Shown here: in pieces, positions 56,584 to 64,000 of the stretch
Layout: the number at the start of each line of letters is the position of its first letter
How positions within the stretch are numbered: position 1 is the stretch's first letter
Source of the DNA: Eledone cirrhosa
Lineage: Eukaryota
Assembly (NCBI GenBank): GCA_964016885.1
Contig: OZ024740.1
Span: 362,018,001-362,082,000 of the forward strand
Length of the DNA stretch: 64,000 nucleotides
Reading direction: 5' to 3'
Program-made: the position numbers and the translations under genes
The notes under the pieces: generated by a model
The model's database searches: none
What the model was told of the DNA's origin: nothing
Seen by the model: only the letters and a program-made list of their open reading frames with translations

Positions 56584-56945
56584 CAAGTATTAGATAGGAA
56601 ATATTCAGAAGACATTAATTTTTCCGAACTCAATATTCTTAAGTTTTAATAATATTATTCATCACTACTTCAGTTTGATATTTTAATGGAATTTCTATCA
56701 AAAGCTTTTAATGAAAAACTAAAATAAATTGCTAAATGAGACAAAGGTATTATATAATCTGCTTCTTTATAAACCTGCACCCAATTAGAGAGTACTTAAT
56801 TTCTATATTCTGTAAATGAAACACCAATATTTGCTGTTAATTTAATATATTAAATGATATTATTTATGTTTCAAAACTTTATACATACATACACACATTC
56901 ACACACACATAGACATACTCACACACACACACATATATATATATT

Positions 56946-57010
<65 letters not shown>

Positions 57011-57439
57011 CAGTTAATATATAAACATTTACATTACATTATAATTAAAAGTTGTTTCATATTTTCACAAGATTAGTAAAAATAATTCATAAAAAAAAAA
57101 TCCTACATTGTTTCTCCCTTTGCTTTTTTACTTCCTGTTTGAAACCTTTTATTCCTCTAAAGAATCTTGTTTAAAATACAAATTATAAATGAAAACTTCA
57201 GTAATTTATTTTAAAAAAATCATAAAATTAAATGTCTTGATGATTAAAATTAATAATTATTAGAAAAATAGGATTTAAAGGATAAAATTTAAATTGGTCA
57301 ATTCCTTCAAAATAAATTTATTTTAGAATATAATGGCAGAACATTTAAATTAATTTCTAATAAAAAAGCCTGTAAACTGGGGGATGGTTTGGCATTTAGC
57401 AGTCAATCAATTAAGTTAATTCTTACCACTTCTGTGTCA

Positions 57440-58000
57440 TGGTGGCGCTGTAGGTCAGTGTCCAACTCATTTCATCAATCACTGCTGCAAATCAGGATTT
57501 GAGTTCTTGTGAAGTCTTTACTTCCAGGGTCATAGAGGTGCTGCAGTATAGAGCAATGAACCAATTCACTTCATCCATCTCTACTGCAAGCCAGGGCGTG
57601 AGTGGTCGCAAAGTCTTTAGCTCCAGAATCATGGAAGTGCTGTAGTATAGAGCAATGAACCAATTCACTCCATCCATCTCTGCCACAAACAAGGGCTTGA
57701 ATTGTTGCGAAAATATTTACCTCCTGGGTTATGGAGGTGCTGTAGTATCAAGCAATGTACTAATTCACTCCATCCATCTCTGCTGCAAGCAAGGGCTTGA
57801 GTTGTTGCGAAATCATTATCTCCATAGTCATGAGGGTGCGTGCTGCAGGGTAGAGCAATATTTTTAACTTTCTCCAACAATCACTGCTGTGATTATACAT
57901 ATATATATATATATATAATGTCTTTATATCAGGCATCATGGGGTCGTTGCAGGATAGAGCTGTGTAGCATTTTCTTCCATCCATCTCTGCCATGTGTCAT
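57440..58000. repeat. Degenerate tandem repeat, ~99-100 bp period, ~5 units
   Basis: agcaatg-ac-aattcact-catccatctct recurs near 57551, 57650 and 57750; weaker units on both sides. Confidence 0.75.
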
Positions 58001-61000
58001 GACTTGAGTTATCATGAAGTTCATAATGGTCCATTAACAAGGATAAGACCAATATGGTGCGACAAGAACATCAGTCTTAAAGCTTCTGCATGCTTTTGTA
58101 CTTTTCATCTTCTTATAAGCCTGCAAGATGTAACCACTCATAGTGGAATTACAGAGTAAAATACTGACATTCCAAAAGAGATATTGCAGAAAAATCGTGG
58201 GCCTTTCATACATACAGTAATCAGGCAACATGTCGGAAAATGTGAAGACACTCTAACTATTGTAAAAAAAGAAAAATGACAAAATTTAATGGAATAATTT
58301 AGTTATCTACAATATTGGCCTTATATCCAACTTAAAGAAATGATTAAATAAATGTAACTATAATTGCTTCACTTTTTCCTTGACCCTCCAATGTCAAGGT
58401 ATGCTCTGAGTAAAGGTAGTATTTCTGATACTTGGAAGCTGCACTCTTTGGAAGTGGGCAGGCATACTGGCTCTCGCATACCTTCTAAATCTCTCATGTC
58501 TATCACCTAGTGACACACCCTGGTAGAAAACTTTAGCTGGTAGGTTAAATGATATGAAAGTGGGTGTTGTTGATATGATATCACTGGGTGGATAAATATC
58601 TCTGCCTTTGGAATAAACTGCCAGGGTGGATAGGGTTTCCTAGATAGGAACGCAATGGCTATGTGTCCATGACCAAAGTGAACCACCTAGCTGGAGAGTA
58701 TCAATTGTGATCAAGCCTGGACTCTGTTGGGTGGTATTTTCCCAAAATATGCTAGTGATTATAATACCAACAAATAAACATATTTCGAAGGTAAATATTT
58801 ACCATCATTCACATTGGCTTATTGTTTTCACAACCAACTACTTAGATATTTACTACAGCTATTTATTATAGTGGGTGCAGTAAGAAAAATTATTAAACAT
58901 TTTTTTCATTTTTCTTGTATGTTTTGTTTACTTCTTTTTCCAGAAAATCCATGAAGTAAAAGTTTTTACTAAATATAATTTTTTTTCTTTTGCTATTTTC
59001 TTTTACATAATTTCATTGTGGTAATCATTTTTTATAATCTGTTTATTTTTCATACTAATAATTAATGTACAATTTCTCTTTCATGAATCAACATAACATA
59101 AATATTTAGAAAAAATATTTAGAAAAAATTATAGAAGCATGAAAAACACTAAAATGCTACTGGAATGAACCTCTGTCAGTTTTGATGAGGCATGTGTACT
59201 CATAATGTAATTTTCAAAGATATTCAGCCTAACACAGTTTGTGACATAGCTGGCCTTTGAATTACAGGTACAGTCTATCCAATGGGCTTCCAAACAGTTA
59301 CCATCTCCCCAATTTGACTCACAAGTTATGGGTCAGACTGAGGCTATGGCAAATGACACTTGCCCAAGATGTTGGGGAGTGCAATTAAACCCAGGATCTA
59401 ATGATTGCAAGTAATCATAACCATGCTGCATCTACTACAAATACTACTATGAATACAGTCACAGATATAAATATTATAATTGATTGCACTTATCATTTAT
59501 CTATACACATTTTTAGAAATAAATAAAAAATCATAAATGGTTGAATTCAATAAAAAGATATATTCTGAAATGCAATAAAATAATGAAAAACCTCACTAGG
59601 TGGTGTGAATAAGGTCTGTAATTCTGTAATTATACTGTAATATGTTAAGTAAATGTTAATTGCATGCTTAATTTTTATTTCTTTGCTGTTATCACTAAAA
59701 CCATTATTTATGTATTTTAATTAAAAATTATTCTTTGTTGTTATCATTAAATTGTTTTTTTTAAAAGAATACATAATTGACAAAGCTAAGAATATTTGAA
59801 AACAAATAATCTTTGAGGGTTTTAGAATAAAGTTATATTTACAAAGTGTATGATTTGAAGTATATGTTGTAAGAGTGATTATAATTTAGAGTCAAATATA
59901 ATTACAACAGAGAGGCATATATGGAAGCTTATACAATAATAAACAATATATATTTTATTGTTGGTATGTCTTGAAAAAAACTTTCTTTTACTCTTTATTC
60001 AATATGAAAATATCTTTCATTGTTTTACTACCTAATGAATAAGATCAGTTTTCTTTTTACATTTTTCCTTGCAATTACTATTTCTTTGAAAATTAGATGC
60101 AGTTAATCATAAACTTAAATTTCTTTACAATAAGTGTACCCATACTGTGAAAGGGCATGCTTGAGTGGTTAGGGTGTTTTCCTCACGATCATATATTTGT
60201 GAGTTCAGTTCCTGGTAGCATGCTGTGTTCTTGGGCAAGATACTTTATTTGGCATGCTCCAATGCATTCAGCTGGCAAAAATGAGTTGTACCTGCAAATT
60301 CAAAGGATTGAGCTTGACATGCCATGTGTCGTATTGTCACACCATGTGTCTTTATTAAAAGTACACATATCTGTGGAATACTCAGCCACTTGCAAGTGAA
60401 TTTTCCAAGCAGGTTGTTCCATAGTTCAAACAACTGGAACACTCACAGTCGGAACCATTTGAGATCAACATACTCATACTATATTTTAGATGTCATATTT
60501 AATTTACTTAATAATAATAGCATTGGTTTTCTGAACCATACCTCTTGAGCACATCTTTTTTATTATTTCCATAACATAATATTTTATTTGCTTTCTTCTA
60601 TTCAAGAAATATCCATATGGAAATAGAGATCATAGTAAAATATTTTTACATCTCCAAGTTCCCATCAACTCTTTAATTTAATGAATCATCTAATTACATA
60701 TTTTTAGATAAAATGAATAATGTCAATAGGAATTGTTGTTTTCTGGGTTGCAAAGTGCACAATTACTCTTTAACAATGTGCTAATCTGCATATAAACTAA
60801 AACAGTGATATTTGATTTTATTTTTAATTCTAGCCATTGTTGATCTATTTGTATCTAGAAGTTATTTTTATGGTTATCAATGTAATCTTATATACTGTTA
60901 TTTATATTTATAAAATAATTTTGACTGCATTTAAATCAACTTATAATTTGTTAGTACAATATTGAACCTGTTTCTATTGGTAAATTAAGAATTTACAGGT

Positions 61001-61367
61001 TTAGCAGAGTTGAAGTCCAAATCATTTATAGGGTGTACTGGTCAATACATATCAAACATAAAACACACATTTTCATTTATATAAATTGTAAAAAACCATT
61101 ATTTCAAAAGTAAGAATTTGCTATAATGCCTGGTATTGTTGTGGATGTTTTGTTGTTGTATTTGTTATGATTGCAGTATCAATTAATCAAATATTGGATC
61201 AGGTAAATATAGATGACAAGTAAGTATAAAAATACTTCCTCACAAAAAAAAACAAAAAAACAAAAGAACAAGTTTCAAATATTTAAATATATAATTTCAT
61301 AGACTTTAACTCTTATAAATATGATACATTGTTATTTGCTTCAGAATATATATTTTCTATGTTCCAG

Positions 61368-61462
61368 TGGACAAATCTGGTAGGCGATTGTCTCAGATTG
61401 AGATGACTCGTAAGAATTTGAAGAAAACTGAAAAGGCTGGAAGTGACAGTGAAGATGAAAAG
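61368..61462 (+). CDS. unc-22: Twitchin-like linker exon with RRLS PKA motif and LKKT motif
   Basis: gttccag|TG...AAG|gtaagg; phase 1 to 0; VDKSGRRLSQIEMTRKNLKKTEKAGSDSEDEK. Confidence 0.88.
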
Positions 61463-64000
61463 GTAAGGTTTTGGATCTGTGATAATTACTTTCATTTTTT
61501 AGAAATAATGCACGAATGTTTATAATCAATTTATTATTTTCTGTTTATTTAAGTAAGATTGAAGAACTTTTATCTTATCTTATTTAACTGCTAAACTTAT
61601 CTATTTCTTTTCTTTTCATGACAGCATATTTATGTGTTTGGTGATTGATTGATTTATAGAATCCACTTAATCTAATTTTAAGTTGTATAATTAAGTATTC
61701 AAATATGTTTGTGTATACACACAAATGTGTTCCCACAAATAAATTTTTAATTTTAATATATTATATATATAAAGTCAAAATATATAAAAGAAAGTGAATA
61801 TATTAAAATATATTACTTTATTTGTGGACAATAAACACATACACAAACATCCAAATATAAATGACAATGATTTTGTTAAGTTTTTCAACAGTTCTGTTTA
61901 GACGTATTAGTGTGTCGATTTCTTATAATATATTCCAAGAATTTTAAAGTATATATATTTCATAATTGAAACTATTTATTTGTTAATGTCATGGCATTAA
62001 TCAGGATTATGTATGTATTTATGTATGTATGTATGTATGTATGTATGTATGTATGTATGTATGTATGTATGTATGTATGACTAGTGAAAATATTCAGAAG
62101 TTTTTTTCATTTTTTTAATCAATAGAGTTAACTTAATACCATTAGTACATGAGTTAGTTGGATCATTATAAGTTTATATTCAGTAATATTTGCTATATTA
62201 AATAATTACAACACTTATTCTGTTTATATTTACTGTTAGAATTGTTCTAATCAGAAATTTTGAAAAACTCAACTTCAAAGTTAAGAAAAAATATGTCATT
62301 ATATATTTATTAAATATTGATTAAATATATAATTATTCTTAAAATACATTGCTAAGCGATTTTGTGTGCGCCAGCGATCATGGTTGCGGATAGGGATTAA
62401 AATTTATATAATATATATATTTATATAATATATATATATATAATATGCCTATGAATGTGTCTTATCCTATCTATGCATGTGTAATATATAGACATATATA
62501 TATCTTAATTAGTAAAGGATTCTATATTTATATATATATATGCATGCTTGTATTTGATATATATATATATATATTTTTTTTAAATAAAATATATACTACT
62601 ACAAAGAAAAGCATTTAAAGGTTTTGAAATGACATAAATGTTCACATTTCTTTTCTTTCTCCAGCGTTTTTAATGTATGCACATGTATAGTGTTCTCCTT
62701 GTAGGCTTACACAGAATTATGTACACAATTTTATTAATTTCTGTCACCTGAAATTAGTACATATTTCTATCAAATTGATTGCATTTCACTAAGCATTTTC
62801 CAGTAAACTGAAATAGCTGTCATTTTTATCTATTTTATTACCATATTTGTAATGAAAATGCTATCAGTGATGTTCGAATAATTTTGAAGATAATCAAGAA
62901 TAATGTGAAATGATTTAGTGGTGTTTCGAACATAAATATATTTACGTAAAATTATAATGGGTGGTTTTTAGATAACTTTAACCACTTAGATGACAAAACA
63001 AAACAAAATAATCTTTGCACTCAATATATTTTTTATGACCTTTATGCTGGAGAACCTATTGTGGTTTCAGGTGGTTTTCTAGTCTAGAACTGATACTGGC
63101 AAATTATGCTTTCAATATTGTAAACCAATATAGCCCTTCTTCCTTATATATATGTGAGGAACTCACACCCTGCATATCTAGCTAACCTCATATGTGGTTG
63201 TACCTCACAGGAATCTTCAGTGTTTTAATGATAGGGATTGCAGTTTTGTGTTGTTACAGCTCACACCTCTGCAAGTTTAGCTGGTCTCCTATGAGGTTGT
63301 ATGTCATAGGAGATATTTTTGGTATTTGGTATTTTAATGATAATAGCCTGAATCCTATCATGAAAAGCAACTGGAAATGAAACCACTTGCTCAAAACGCA
63401 CGAATCAAACCCAAAACTTTATCATGAGTCCAAAACCATGACCATTAGACTATATGCCTGCAGTTTGTTAAAGAGTAAACTATAAAATCAGTCAAAATAT
63501 GTTTTGTTGTTGTGTTATATTGTTTTACTTAATGTAAATTTGCTTCAGGTTTTGCTCTTTCAAAAGTTATTTTTAAAAGAAGAGTAAAAATAACTCATAA
63601 CAATTTCATATCAAAGCAAAGTGATAAATTAATTTGAGATTTTCAGAAATGAGGAAGGAAGAAGAAAATATTTAGCATTTAAAAACAGTAATTTAGAATA
63701 TTACAAGAATGCCTATAAAAATTATATTTAATATTGTATATGTATTGCTATAAATTTCTGAACTACTGTTTTCTACACTTTCCCCATTGCTTCCATCAAA
63801 CTACAATGCTATTTAGCTTTTATATTTCATGCAATTTTGCTTTTTCTTCTCAAGCTTTTGTAAAAGAAGAATTAGAATGTTTTCTTCACCTTATATCTTC
63901 TCTCAAATACTACATTTAAATACCAGTTTATTTTTGCATATCAACCTTTGTAGGTATAACTTATGGTCCCTCTATTGTTGCTTACAGTAGCAGTGGTAAT

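Noticed and set aside
57440-58000. CRISPR-like periodicity
   Set aside because: Whole units are homologous with no unique spacers, the context is eukaryotic, and there are no cas genes.

Overview
AT-rich animal genomic DNA. The SINE, MITE, Penelope and (TA)n repertoire and the protein suggest a mollusc, probably an octopus/coleoid (inference). The whole 64 kb is the interior of one + strand, intron-rich gene for a giant muscle Ig protein of the twitchin/projectin (unc-22) family. I traced 15 frame-consistent GT-AG exons from 107 to 61462. They encode four I-set Ig domains, a K/E single-alpha-helix-like segment, a Pro/Ala/Glu linker, a DFRxxL actin-binding motif and RRxS PKA sites. Two of these exons are frame-essential microexons (16 nt and 8 nt), and there are several further candidate micro/cassette exons. 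Introns hold RTE-LINE ends, SINEs, TTAA-flanked MITEs, a deleted mariner with unusually long TIRs and kb-scale TA microsatellites. The most striking unexplained structure is a set of at least five unrelated Penelope-like inserts. Each carries a type I hammerhead ribozyme fold, most have a long fold-back inverted repeat, and most have a non-canonical core (CAGAAGA, CCGAUGA, CCGAAGA or CCGUCGA instead of CUGANGA). Almost all long ORFs in the supplied track are microsatellite artefacts. All structures were read by eye; no folding or search was run.
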